A DNA stretch of 16,401 nucleotides from a virus (taxonomy: Duplodnaviria > Heunggongvirae > Uroviricota > Caudoviricetes): IMG/VR virus record IMGVR_UViG_3300029450_000074. The stretch is one strand, 5' to 3'. Each line of letters starts with the position of its first letter. Positions within the stretch are counted from its first letter, which is position 1. Both the position numbers and the translations under genes were made by a program. Of this stretch, positions 1-7,804 are shown in pieces. The notes under the pieces are model-generated. The model saw only the letters and a program-made list of their open reading frames with translations. It had not been told where the DNA came from and did no database searches.

Positions 1-594
1 TTTCACCGCACCCGGAGTGGTTTCACCGCCCGTGGTGGTGCTGCCCATGACGTGATCCGGTGCATCCTCACGGATTTTCTGCAGCCAGCCTTTGTTCACA
101 TCCTGCAGCAGCGGGTTTTCACTACGGTTGGAGGTTTTCGCACGCTTCACGCCGTTAAAGCCGATCATGATGCGGTCCAGTGCCTGACGTTTCACGATGG
201 CGTCACGGATACGCACCTGGAAATCCTGAAACTTCGCCCACAGATCCAGCTTCGCGTAGGTCAGCACCGTGTCAAAGTTGGTCTGCTCGCATTTGTATTC
301 CACATCGACCATCAGCGTCGGATCGACAGGTTCACGCTCTTTCGCGGTGGTGTCAGTGGTTCCGGCAATGGTGCTGCCAACACCCAGCCCCAGCAGCTGA
401 CCGGACTGCTCAGTCACTGGCGTGACGTTAATCAGCGTCAGGAAAGCGGCGGACTGCTGGATCTGGTCTTCCAGCGTCTGCTGCACAGACGGCTCTACAG
501 TGAACTTGCTGGACAGTTCTTCAACTGCCACACCGTTCAGACGTGCCAGTTGCTGCAGGTAAGCGTTAAAAGCAAAGCGGGTATTCTTCTTCAT
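1..594 (-). CDS. N: Major capsid protein, P2 gpN family (partial; gene 3' end lies beyond window start)
   Basis: Minus-strand ATG at 592-594 with GGAG about 9 nt upstream; translation MKKNTRFAFNAYLQQLARLNGVAVEELSSKFTVEPSVQQ... stays open to position 1. Position directly downstream of the scaffold gene matches P2 head-gene order. Family assigned from memory of gpN, not a search. Confidence 0.8.
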   Translation of the reverse strand, partial: MKKNTRFAFNAYLQQLARLNGVAVEELSSKFTVEPSVQQTLEDQIQQSAAFLTLINVTPVTEQSGQLLGLGVGSTIAGTTDTTAKEREPVDPTLMVDVEYKCEQTNFDTVLTYAKLDLWAKFQDFQVRIRDAIVKRQALDRIMIGFNGVKRAKTSNRSENPLLQDVNKGWLQKIREDAPDHVMGSTTTGGETTPGAVK

Positions 595-609
595 CAGGTT
601 TGTGCTCCA

Positions 610-1443
610 TCAGCAATTGGTCAGAGTATCAGCGGGGGCGTTACCGCCTGTTGCACGCTGGCGGTAGTCCTGTCGGCTGTCTTCATGACTCAGCTTATTC
701 ACCAGTTCGTTAAAGGCGGTCTGCTGTGCCTGCAGGGCAGTCTCCAGCTCAGACAGACGTTCTTCCTGCTCAGACAGGGATTTTTCGGTGCGTGCGCTCA
801 GGTTCTGCTGCTCAGTGGCGACCAGCTCCACGGCCTTATGCACATCAGAGAACCGGGCGTCATCGGACTGCTCTTTTTTGGTAAACAGCGCCGTGACGCG
901 GGCAAACAGGGACGGTTTGTCGTCCTGGACTTCTTCCAGTTCGATCACCGTTTCCTCTGCGGCGGTAAAGAGATTGGCGGGATTCTGCTTGCGGTTTGCC
1001 AGCGGGTTATGGGCTGCACTGGCGCTGAATGTCAGCATTTCCGTACCCAGACTGGCAGGATCATCAGTGGCAGCCAGGCCAACCAGGTAGGCTTTGCCCG
1101 TATCAGCGAACTTCGGGCTGACTTCCATAGAGGTGAATAATTTCTGGCCTTTTTTCACCAGTTCCACCAAGGACTCCGTTGGCTCAACGTCGGCATACAG
1201 TGCCATCTTGCCTGCCAGCGGACCTTCCGTGATTTCTTCAGCAAACAGCGCCGTCACCTTGCCGTAGCGGTTAAAGGTGCTGTCTGGAAGATAAGACTTG
1301 ATGTGCTCAAGGTTAATCAGCGCGGTGTACACCGCCGGATTGTAGCTGGCTGCCATCTGTTCCAGCCATTCACGCTGGATTTCGCGTCCGTCGGTAGTGG
1401 CACCTTCCACCCCGATGCGAAAACGCTTTGCTTTCACTGTCAT
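610..1443 (-). CDS. O: Capsid scaffolding protein, P2 gpO family
   Basis: 277-aa ORF MTVKAKRFRIGVEGATTDGREIQREWLEQMAASYNP...; GGAG about 10 nt upstream of the ATG at 1443; stop at 610-612 sits just before the N start. Size and N-terminus fit gpO. Confidence 0.85.
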   Translation of the reverse strand: MTVKAKRFRIGVEGATTDGREIQREWLEQMAASYNPAVYTALINLEHIKSYLPDSTFNRYGKVTALFAEEITEGPLAGKMALYADVEPTESLVELVKKGQKLFTSMEVSPKFADTGKAYLVGLAATDDPASLGTEMLTFSASAAHNPLANRKQNPANLFTAAEETVIELEEVQDDKPSLFARVTALFTKKEQSDDARFSDVHKAVELVATEQQNLSARTEKSLSEQEERLSELETALQAQQTAFNELVNKLSHEDSRQDYRQRATGGNAPADTLTNC

Positions 1444-1585
1444 GAGCCGTGCTCCGTTAGAAAAAACTTACTGGAGCCTTATGGTTGCGGTGATGGGGGC
1501 AGTGAAACAATGCGCGGTATTTGTACCGACAACCACACAAACCGCAGGCGGGGAAAGCCTTCATTCAAGGCTGTAGGTTTGTGCC
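1444..1585. promoter_or_regulatory. Divergent O/P intergenic region with a TGT-N12-ACA dyad (1521-1538), candidate late-activator (Ogr/B-type) site
   Basis: The 142-bp gap between divergent head operons is where P2 late promoters lie. Exact TGT accgacaaccac ACA at 1521-1538; spacing to the O start fits a centre near -55 for a leftward promoter. No -10/-35 mapped. Confidence 0.3.
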
Positions 1586-3352
1586 ATGAACACCACACTG
1601 ACACCCGCAGATCTCGATCCCCGTCGGCAGGCCATGCTGCTGTACTTTCAGGGATACCGCGTAGCCCGCATTGCTGAAATGCTGGGCGAGAAAGTTGCAA
1701 CCGTTCACAGCTGGAAAAAACGCGACAAGTGGGGTGACTATGGGCCGCTGGATCAGATGCAGCTCACCACCGCCGCACGCTACTGCCAGCTCATTATGAA
1801 GGAGCACAAAGAAGGGAAAGATTTCAAAGAGATTGACCTGCTGGCGCGCCAGTCTGAGCGCCACGCGCGGATCGGCAAGTTTAACAATGGCGGCAACGAA
1901 TCCGACTTAAACCCTAACGTCGCCAACCGCAACAAAGGCCCACGCCGTCAGCCGGAAAAGAATGTTTTCACCGATGAGCAGATTGAGAAGCTGGAAGAAA
2001 TCTTCCATTCCTCCATGTTCAACTACCAGCGCCACTGGTGGGAAGCCGGAAAAACCAACCGCATCCGCAACCTGCTGAAGTCACGCCAGATCGGCGCGAC
2101 CTTCTATTTTGCCCGTGAAGCCCTGATTGACGCCCTGCTTACCGGACGCAACCAGATTTTCCTTTCTGCCAGTAAGGCTCAGGCCCACGTCTTTAAACAA
2201 TACATCATCGACTTCGCCAAAGAAGTCGAGGTGGAGCTAAAAGGCGATCCGATGGTGCTTCCTAATGGGGCCACGCTTTACTTCCTCGGCACCAATGCCC
2301 GCACGGCCCAGAGTTATCACGGCAACCTGTATCTGGATGAATATTTCTGGATACCGAAATTCCAGGAGCTGCGCAAAGTGGCTTCCGGGATGGCTATTCA
2401 CAAGAAATGGCGACAAACCTATTTTTCCACGCCATCCAGCCTGACCCACAGTGCTTATCCGTTCTGGTCCGGTGCGCTGTTCAACCGTGGACGCAACAAA
2501 GCTGACAAGGTGGACATCGACCTGTCCCACAGCAATCTGGCCCCCGGCCTGCTGTGCGCAGACGGGCAATACCGCCAGATAGTCACCGTGGAAGATGCGG
2601 TGCGCGGCGGCTGCAACCTGTTCGACCTTGACCAGTTGCGCATGGAGTACAGCCCGGACGAATACCAGAACCTGCTGATGTGCGAGTTTGTGGACGATCT
2701 CGCGTCCGTGTTTCCGCTCAGCGAGCTGCAGGCGTGCATGGTGGACAGCTGGGAAGTCTGGACCGACTTTCATGCACTGGCCCTTCGCCCGTTTGGCTGG
2801 CGCGAAGTATGGATCGGTTATGACCCGGCAAAAGGTACGCAGAACGGCGACAGTGCCGGATGCGTGGTGGTGGCACCGCCAGCCGTGCCGGGCGGTAAGT
2901 TTCGCATTCTTGAGCGTCACCAGTGGCGCGGGATGGACTTCCGCGCCCAGGCTGACGCCATCAAAAAACTGACCGAACAGTACAACGTGACCTATATCGG
3001 CATCGACTCAACTGGGGTCGGCCACGGGGTTTACGAGAACGTGAAAGCGTTCTTTCCTGCCGTCCGGGAGTTTGTCTACAACCCCAATGTTAAAAACGCC
3101 CTGGTACTCAAGGCCTACGACATTATCAGCCACCGCCGTCTGGAGTTTGACGCCGGACACACCGACATAGCGCAGTCATTCATGGCAATCCGTCGCGCCA
3201 CCACCGCCAGCGGCAACCGCCCGACCTATGAAGCCAGCCGCAGCGAAGAAGCCAGTCACGCCGATCTGGCCTGGGCAACAATGCACGCACTGTTTAACGA
3301 ACCGCTGCAGGGCGAGTCCGCCAATACCAGCAATATTGTGGAGATTTTTTGA
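1586..3352 (+). CDS. P: Terminase ATPase (large) subunit, P2 gpP family
   Basis: 588-aa ORF starting at ATG 1586, diverging from O and immediately followed by the portal gene with a TGATG stop/start overlap; length fits gpP (about 590 aa). Confidence 0.85.
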   Translation: MNTTLTPADLDPRRQAMLLYFQGYRVARIAEMLGEKVATVHSWKKRDKWGDYGPLDQMQLTTAARYCQLIMKEHKEGKDFKEIDLLARQSERHARIGKFNNGGNESDLNPNVANRNKGPRRQPEKNVFTDEQIEKLEEIFHSSMFNYQRHWWEAGKTNRIRNLLKSRQIGATFYFAREALIDALLTGRNQIFLSASKAQAHVFKQYIIDFAKEVEVELKGDPMVLPNGATLYFLGTNARTAQSYHGNLYLDEYFWIPKFQELRKVASGMAIHKKWRQTYFSTPSSLTHSAYPFWSGALFNRGRNKADKVDIDLSHSNLAPGLLCADGQYRQIVTVEDAVRGGCNLFDLDQLRMEYSPDEYQNLLMCEFVDDLASVFPLSELQACMVDSWEVWTDFHALALRPFGWREVWIGYDPAKGTQNGDSAGCVVVAPPAVPGGKFRILERHQWRGMDFRAQADAIKKLTEQYNVTYIGIDSTGVGHGVYENVKAFFPAVREFVYNPNVKNALVLKAYDIISHRRLEFDAGHTDIAQSFMAIRRATTASGNRPTYEASRSEEASHADLAWATMHALFNEPLQGESANTSNIVEIF

Positions 3353-4386
3353 TGGGAAAGAGTAAGAAGAACCGCGCTTCGGCGACGAAACAGATCCAGC
3401 TTAAAAGTCAAACTACAGCCGAAGCATTCAGCTTCGGCGATCCCGTTCCTGTTCTGGACCGCCGAGAACTGCTGGACTATGTGGAATGCGTACAGACAGA
3501 TCGCTGGTATGAGCCGCCAGTAAGCTTTGACGGACTGGCGCGCACCTTCCGCGCTGCCGTGCATCACAGTTCACCAATTGCGGTGAAATGCAACATACTG
3601 ACCAGTACCTACATCCCTCACCCGCTGCTCAGCCAGCAGGCTTTTTCACGTTTTGTGCAGGACTATCTGGTATTTGGTAACGCCTATCTGGAGAAACGCA
3701 CGAACCGCTTCGGTGAAGTTATCGCCCTTGAGCCTGCTCTGGCAAAATATACCCGACGCGGGTTAGACCTGGATACCTACTGGTTTGTGCAATACGGTAT
3801 GACAACCCAGCCGTATCAGTTCACGAAAGGCAGCATTTTTCATCTGATGGAACCGGATATTAATCAGGAGATCTACGGCCTGCCCGGCTATCTTTCTGCC
3901 ATCCCATCCGCTTTGCTCAACGAGTCCGCCACGCTGTTCCGCCGGAAGTATTACATTAACGGTAGTCATGCAGGCTTCATCATGTACATGACCGATGCCG
4001 CGCAGAACCAGGAGGATGTGAACAACCTCCGCAATGCGATGAAAAGCGCCAAAGGACCGGGTAACTTCCGCAACCTGTTTATGTACTCGCCTAACGGCAA
4101 AAAGGATGGGCTTCAGATCATTCCTCTGTCAGAAGTCGCGGCGAAGGATGAGTTTCTAAACATCAAGAACGTGAGCCGGGATGACATGATGGCGGCGCAT
4201 CGTGTGCCACCGCAAATGATGGGGATTATGCCTAATAATGTTGGGGGATTTGGGGATGTGGAGAAGGCCAGCCGCGTATTCGTTCGTAATGAACTTATTC
4301 CGCTTCAGAGACGCTTTGAGGAGCTTAATAAATGGCTGGATAAAAACGCGATAGGGTTCACAAATTACGAATTATCGCTAGATTAG
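3352..4386 (+). CDS. Q: Portal (capsid portal/vertex) protein, P2 gpQ family
   Basis: ATG at 3352 overlaps the P stop (TGATG); GGAG 8 nt upstream; 344 aa as expected for gpQ. The ORF track start at 3349 is a TTG. Confidence 0.85.
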   Translation: MGKSKKNRASATKQIQLKSQTTAEAFSFGDPVPVLDRRELLDYVECVQTDRWYEPPVSFDGLARTFRAAVHHSSPIAVKCNILTSTYIPHPLLSQQAFSRFVQDYLVFGNAYLEKRTNRFGEVIALEPALAKYTRRGLDLDTYWFVQYGMTTQPYQFTKGSIFHLMEPDINQEIYGLPGYLSAIPSALLNESATLFRRKYYINGSHAGFIMYMTDAAQNQEDVNNLRNAMKSAKGPGNFRNLFMYSPNGKKDGLQIIPLSEVAAKDEFLNIKNVSRDDMMAAHRVPPQMMGIMPNNVGGFGDVEKASRVFVRNELIPLQRRFEELNKWLDKNAIGFTNYELSLD

Positions 4387-4395
4387 CTTCCCAAC

Positions 4396-4427
4396 AGCCG
4401 CAGAATTGCGGCTTTTCTTTTTTTGTT
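4396..4427 (+). terminator. Rho-independent terminator after Q
   Basis: Perfect 7-bp stem AGCCGCA (4396-4402) / TGCGGCT (4407-4413) with a GAAT loop, followed by the T-run tttctttttttg. Confidence 0.6.
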
Positions 4428-4446
4428 ATCGTGATATGTTTGATAC

Positions 4447-5097
4447 ATGGACATCACACTGAATCTAAAAATGAAAAAGGATAAAGCATTAGAATTTTAC
4501 GAAAAACTTTATTTCTCAGAAATTGAGAATAAAGACAAGATACATACTCGCGCTCAAGCCGAATTCGGATTAGTTGTCATTACCGCAACTATACTCACTT
4601 ATCTCGCCAAAAACACATCTTATGAATCCCACCCAAGGCTAGCTTGCCTAGTATTTTTATGTACCGCAATTTCATTTGGCTTAGTTCTTGTATCATCAAT
4701 TCTGTTGAAACAAGTCATATGGGGAAATGAATTTAAGTATTGCCCTGCACCTAAAGCATTGCATGATTATCACATAGATCTGATTAGTTACGAAGTGAAA
4801 TATAAAAAATATTGCGATGACAATGGACTTACATACGATGAAAGTTATAACCCTGATAATAAACTTTGGGAGTTTATTCATCAAGAAATCAGAGAGTGTG
4901 CTAGCTGGAACAGTAATATCAATGAGGAACGTTCCAGTAAACTATTTGAGTCAACAAAGTATCTTGTCTGGTCATGGATTCCAATTATCGCAGCAGTAGT
5001 CATATTTCTTTTAGCTGATTTAGATGCAGCATCACCGCGGAAAAATAACGCCCCTAACTATTTGATAATACCTATTGAAAATGTCAGGAGAACTTAA
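4447..5097 (+). CDS. Hypothetical membrane protein (about 3 predicted TM helices), AT-rich accessory gene
   Basis: 216-aa ORF in visibly AT-rich DNA. Hydrophobic segments FGLVVITATILTYLA, LACLVFLCTAISFGLVLVSSILL and LVWSWIPIIAAVVIFLLADL flank a soluble Cys-containing segment of about 85 aa. No clear SD at the 4447 ATG. No family recognised. Confidence 0.5.
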   Translation: MDITLNLKMKKDKALEFYEKLYFSEIENKDKIHTRAQAEFGLVVITATILTYLAKNTSYESHPRLACLVFLCTAISFGLVLVSSILLKQVIWGNEFKYCPAPKALHDYHIDLISYEVKYKKYCDDNGLTYDESYNPDNKLWEFIHQEIRECASWNSNINEERSSKLFESTKYLVWSWIPIIAAVVIFLLADLDAASPRKNNAPNYLIIPIENVRRT

Positions 5098-5234
5098 TGA
5101 CCAAACCGTTACCGCCACCACCTCCTCGGCCTACTCCACCCGCAAGAAGGATCGTTATTGAAGATGATTCAAAAGCAAGGCAACTACGAAGAGACAGAAA
5201 GGACGATAAAAATGACCGAACACAAAAATCCTAA
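5097..5234 (+). CDS. Polyproline micro-ORF 1 (45 aa): MTKPLPPPPPRPTPPARRIVIEDDSKARQLRRDRKDDKNDRTQKS
   Basis: ATG overlaps the stop of the membrane-protein gene (TAATG at 5095-5099); AGGAG at 5086-5090, 6 nt upstream. Hand-translated; below the ORF-track length cutoff. Confidence 0.35.
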   Translation: MTKPLPPPPPRPTPPARRIVIEDDSKARQLRRDRKDDKNDRTQKS

Positions 5235-5349
5235 AAAAAATGAAGCACCACCACCACCACCACCACCTAAACCGCCAATCACTCGGTTAGTTAGAGAAAG
5301 CTATGGCAATGATCCAAAAAATAGGAAAAATAAAGATGAGCAAAAATGA
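5212..5349 (+). CDS. Polyproline micro-ORF 2 (45 aa): MTEHKNPKKNEAPPPPPPPKPPITRLVRESYGNDPKNRKNKDEQK
   Basis: Internal ATG of track ORF 5158-5349; starts 23 nt before the micro-ORF 1 stop in the +1 frame; AAGGA-like SD about 8 nt upstream; reads through an A8 run at 5233-5240. Confidence 0.35.
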   Translation: MTEHKNPKKNEAPPPPPPPKPPITRLVRESYGNDPKNRKNKDEQK

Positions 5350-5443
5350 GAAATCTAATTTACCGCCGCCGCCACCACCCAGCAAGCCGCCTACCCGCCA
5401 AGTATTCGATCACGATGATACGAAGAAGAAATCAAAAAGATAA
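5336..5443 (+). CDS. Polyproline micro-ORF 3 (35 aa): MSKNEKSNLPPPPPPSKPPTRQVFDHDDTKKKSKR
   Basis: ATG at 5336 overlaps the end of micro-ORF 2 by 14 nt, again shifted +1; AGGA about 10 nt upstream. Hand-translated. Confidence 0.3.
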   Translation: MSKNEKSNLPPPPPPSKPPTRQVFDHDDTKKKSKR

Positions 5444-5476
5444 GTAGGTTAAGAAAGTCATACAGGTTATATATTC

Positions 5477-5520
5477 GAAGCGCCTAGTAACATTCTGCTA
5501 GGCGCTTCTTATTGTATTCA
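5477..5520 (+). terminator. Strong stem-loop, probable terminator closing the membrane-protein/micro-ORF unit
   Basis: Perfect 11-bp stem GAAGCGCCTAG (5477-5487) / CTAGGCGCTTC (5498-5508), 10-nt loop, then a T-rich tract ttattgtattcatttt. Confidence 0.5.
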
Positions 5521-5595
5521 TTTTCCCTGACAGCCTCAAGCTAATAACACTCGAAGATCGTCAAAAATTTATTGTACATAACCCTATTGCGCGCG

Positions 5596-5616
5596 CTCGT
5601 ATCCCCGCCACGCCTG
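5596..5616 (-). other. cos-like cohesive-end motif (P2/186-type), candidate packaging site
   Basis: Minus strand reads GGCGTGGCGGGGATACGAGCGCGCGC. The first 13 nt match the start of the 186/P2 19-nt cohesive end as I recall it (GGCG[T/A]GGCGGGGAAAGCA...), followed by a GCGCGC block as in P2. Position between Q and the replication side, and orientation pointing toward Q, fit the P2 left end. Match is from memory. Confidence 0.35.
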
Positions 5617-5637
5617 CCCGCTTTATGTAGTGGTTTT

Positions 5638-5737
5638 CATGCACCTGCATGTTCTACGTAAAAGCCCGCTAGTTCTGGCGAGCCTTAGCAAAAACGATCC
5701 TTAAACGATCATGCGATTTCATGCAGCATAGTCATGC
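5638..5737. repeat. Cluster of four TCATGC(A) direct repeats next to the cos-like motif
   Basis: TCATGC at 5638-5643, 5709-5714, 5719-5724 and 5732-5737, the last three spaced 10 and 13 nt apart. Confidence 0.3.
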
Positions 5738-5936
5738 ACTGTCTAAGAGAAGTGAAAGTCCGTATCTGAATGACCACTTGAAAAACGAAACATACAGACT
5801 TACAAAGATGAAGCTCTACTGTGAGCGAGGAACATACATAGTTGCTCTGTAATAGCCAAATTTTAAGCAGGAAATCTCTTTTTTATGACAAAACTATAAA
5901 GAAAAACAGACCGTTTCATCGCTCGATGAAAATATA

Positions 5937-7550
5937 CTACAATACTTTTCTCTCGATGGTATTTTTAATGGTCAACATATCTTTAGGAATACTTTTTTTC
6001 CCCTCTATACGTATGGTAAACACAAAAAGAATAACGGCTGATCTCACAATTTTCATGAGTTGTAAGAGCTGTTTCTCAAACTTTTCTTTCTCAATAAACC
6101 TCACCTCATCAAAAAATCCATAAGAATTATATAAATCAACTAACATGTCTTTCTCATGAATAACTAACAGTTTATGTTCTAAATCATTCCTCCATTCTTT
6201 AAAAAAAGCAAGCTCACCATTTTTATCATTCAAATCCATAGCAATACTAAACAAACCCAGCAATCCTTTATTATTTATTTTATTTATTTTAAGCTTTCTT
6301 TTTTCATCACTAATCCGCCAGAAGTTATGAAAGTATATATGTCCTCTATCTGGTTTTAAATCAAATAATTGACACAGAGCAACTGCTATTTTATCCAAGA
6401 TACCAAAGCAAGCTCTAAATGCAACCCTTAACTTCTCAACATTTTCATACAATATTTCTCCATTATACAATTCAGAATAACATACCTCCGAATCCTCATC
6501 AAAAAACTCACTATCAACCTTATATTCAAAAAACATTTTTCGTGCTAAGGAATACTCAGCTTTAAGTCTATTTAACACCATTTCCATTGGCACTATAAAA
6601 TCACCAAATACACCTTCCTCGGTGGTCGCAATAGTTATATTATCTTTAGATGACGCATAACAATTGCAATATAGCGAATGATCAGACAACATTAGATTAT
6701 TATCTATACAAAACCTCTGGTAGTTTGATAAAGTATCATACTCCTCCTGCGTGAGCCTTTCATCTGTACTTATATCCTCTATGCCATATACACATGATTC
6801 ACTCAATATACTTTCGTTGTGCTTTATTTTTCTTTGAAGAGTAACCTTCCATGAAGGAAAACATTTCCCTGACTTTATTGCACACTCATAACCTCGAATA
6901 ACTTCTTTAATCATTTTATATGTATATGTTGTAGATAATTCATTAAGCAATTCTAATGCCTCAGATCTGTTTACCCACGCCTGAGGAATTGAGTTATCAA
7001 TAGATATTGCTTGTTCATAATAATCCATTGATTCAGATATACGATATTGTTTTTTTAATACATTAGCTAGATTAACTATTAAATCAGGGGGCACCCATCC
7101 ATCTTCTTGTGAAAGTTTAAACGCTTTCCAGTAATTATTTTTTACATCATTCAGCTTAATGAAACTATCAATATCTGCATTGTCATTAGGATCAAAATCA
7201 AGAACTGCGCTCATTCCATTTGCCAAGTTATAGTAATATAAGGATTCTTTCATTATAGTCAGAAATTCATTTTTATTGTTTATAAAGATATTTAAGCCTT
7301 CCTCCGCTATATTTTTTACATTACTAAAACTTCCGATATCAATAAGATTTCCGGCCAAATTAGATAATATAATTATTCTATTTTCTTTGATTGTATTTAT
7401 CTCATCGATACCGTTAAGAATATCCTTTACATTTTTATAGGCAGAATCAAATGAACCTGCATTAATAAGATCATCTACGAACCCCATTTTTGAAACAACA
7501 TAGTTGATATCCNNNNNNNNNNNNNNNNNNNNNNAAGCTAATAATACCAA
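5937..7550 (-). CDS. Hypothetical 537-aa protein, AT-rich cargo gene; candidate anti-phage/abortive-infection protein with a C-terminal HEPN-like R-x4-H motif
   Basis: Long minus-strand ORF in strongly AT-rich DNA between cos and the tum/A module. C-terminal WRNDLEHKLLVIH contains R-N-D-L-E-H (codons verified at 6174-6191). No Walker A seen. N-terminus uncertain: track start is a TTG at 7550, an N-run (7513-7534) lies in the first codons, and the first ATG after it is at 7487. Confidence 0.6.
   Translation of the reverse strand: MVLLAXXXXXXXXDINYVVSKMGFVDDLINAGSFDSAYKNVKDILNGIDEINTIKENRIIILSNLAGNLIDIGSFSNVKNIAEEGLNIFINNKNEFLTIMKESLYYYNLANGMSAVLDFDPNDNADIDSFIKLNDVKNNYWKAFKLSQEDGWVPPDLIVNLANVLKKQYRISESMDYYEQAISIDNSIPQAWVNRSEALELLNELSTTYTYKMIKEVIRGYECAIKSGKCFPSWKVTLQRKIKHNESILSESCVYGIEDISTDERLTQEEYDTLSNYQRFCIDNNLMLSDHSLYCNCYASSKDNITIATTEEGVFGDFIVPMEMVLNRLKAEYSLARKMFFEYKVDSEFFDEDSEVCYSELYNGEILYENVEKLRVAFRACFGILDKIAVALCQLFDLKPDRGHIYFHNFWRISDEKRKLKINKINNKGLLGLFSIAMDLNDKNGELAFFKEWRNDLEHKLLVIHEKDMLVDLYNSYGFFDEVRFIEKEKFEKQLLQLMKIVRSAVILFVFTIRIEGKKSIPKDMLTIKNTIERKVL
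7513..7534. other. N-run (22 nt) inside the 5' end of the 537-aa cargo ORF
   Basis: Literal n characters in the sequence. Confidence 1.
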
Positions 7551-7603
7551 TCATTATATGGATGAGATCAATATAGAACATGCCATCTCCGGCAAAAATC
7601 GTA

Positions 7604-7774
7604 CTACATCAGACCAGTGCCCTTCAAATAATATAAATTGAACTTAGATACTTCTGCTTCAACCAGTGTGTTAAATCCATCGCTTGAACTCAGAACAAAA
7701 AGCGGACGATCACTTATCAAAATGGCCGTCCACCTAACGCCTCGTTTCACTCGTTGCCCAAAATAGTCCCCCAT
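7604..7774 (-). CDS. Small hypothetical ORF (56 aa) downstream of the DinI-like gene
   Basis: ATG at 7772-7774 preceded by AAGAGGA about 10 nt upstream; could be a distal gene of the tum operon. No recognisable motif. Confidence 0.25.
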   Translation of the reverse strand: MGDYFGQRVKRGVRWTAILISDRPLFVLSSSDGFNTLVEAEVSKFNLYYLKGTGLM

Positions 7775-7804
7775 CAGAATGAATCCTCTTGGGGGCAACG
7801 TTTC

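Noticed and set aside
52-1140. 362-aa plus-strand ORF spanning the N/O region
   Set aside because: It is antisense to two minus-strand ORFs with recognisable capsid and scaffold translations and proper SD/start signals; likely a long open frame by chance in GC-rich coding DNA.
1545-1560. Second cos-like fragment AGGCGGGGAAAGCC in the O/P intergenic region
   Set aside because: It lies between head genes, where no P2-family cos is expected, and has no GGCG prefix; probably a chance match, though it does overlap a small hairpin (1555-1572) in the P leader.
2237-2920. 227-aa minus-strand ORF inside the terminase gene
   Set aside because: Antisense to the well-supported P gene; no start signals and no recognisable motifs.
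5842-6123. 93-aa plus-strand ORF overlapping the 3' end of the 537-aa cargo gene
   Set aside because: Low-complexity translation of AT-rich antisense sequence; the opposite strand gives a continuous 537-aa ORF.
5937-7550. Possibility that the 537-aa cargo protein is OLD or Tin
   Set aside because: No Walker A/P-loop motif visible as expected for the OLD ATPase, and it is far larger than Tin (about 250 aa); left as an unassigned family.
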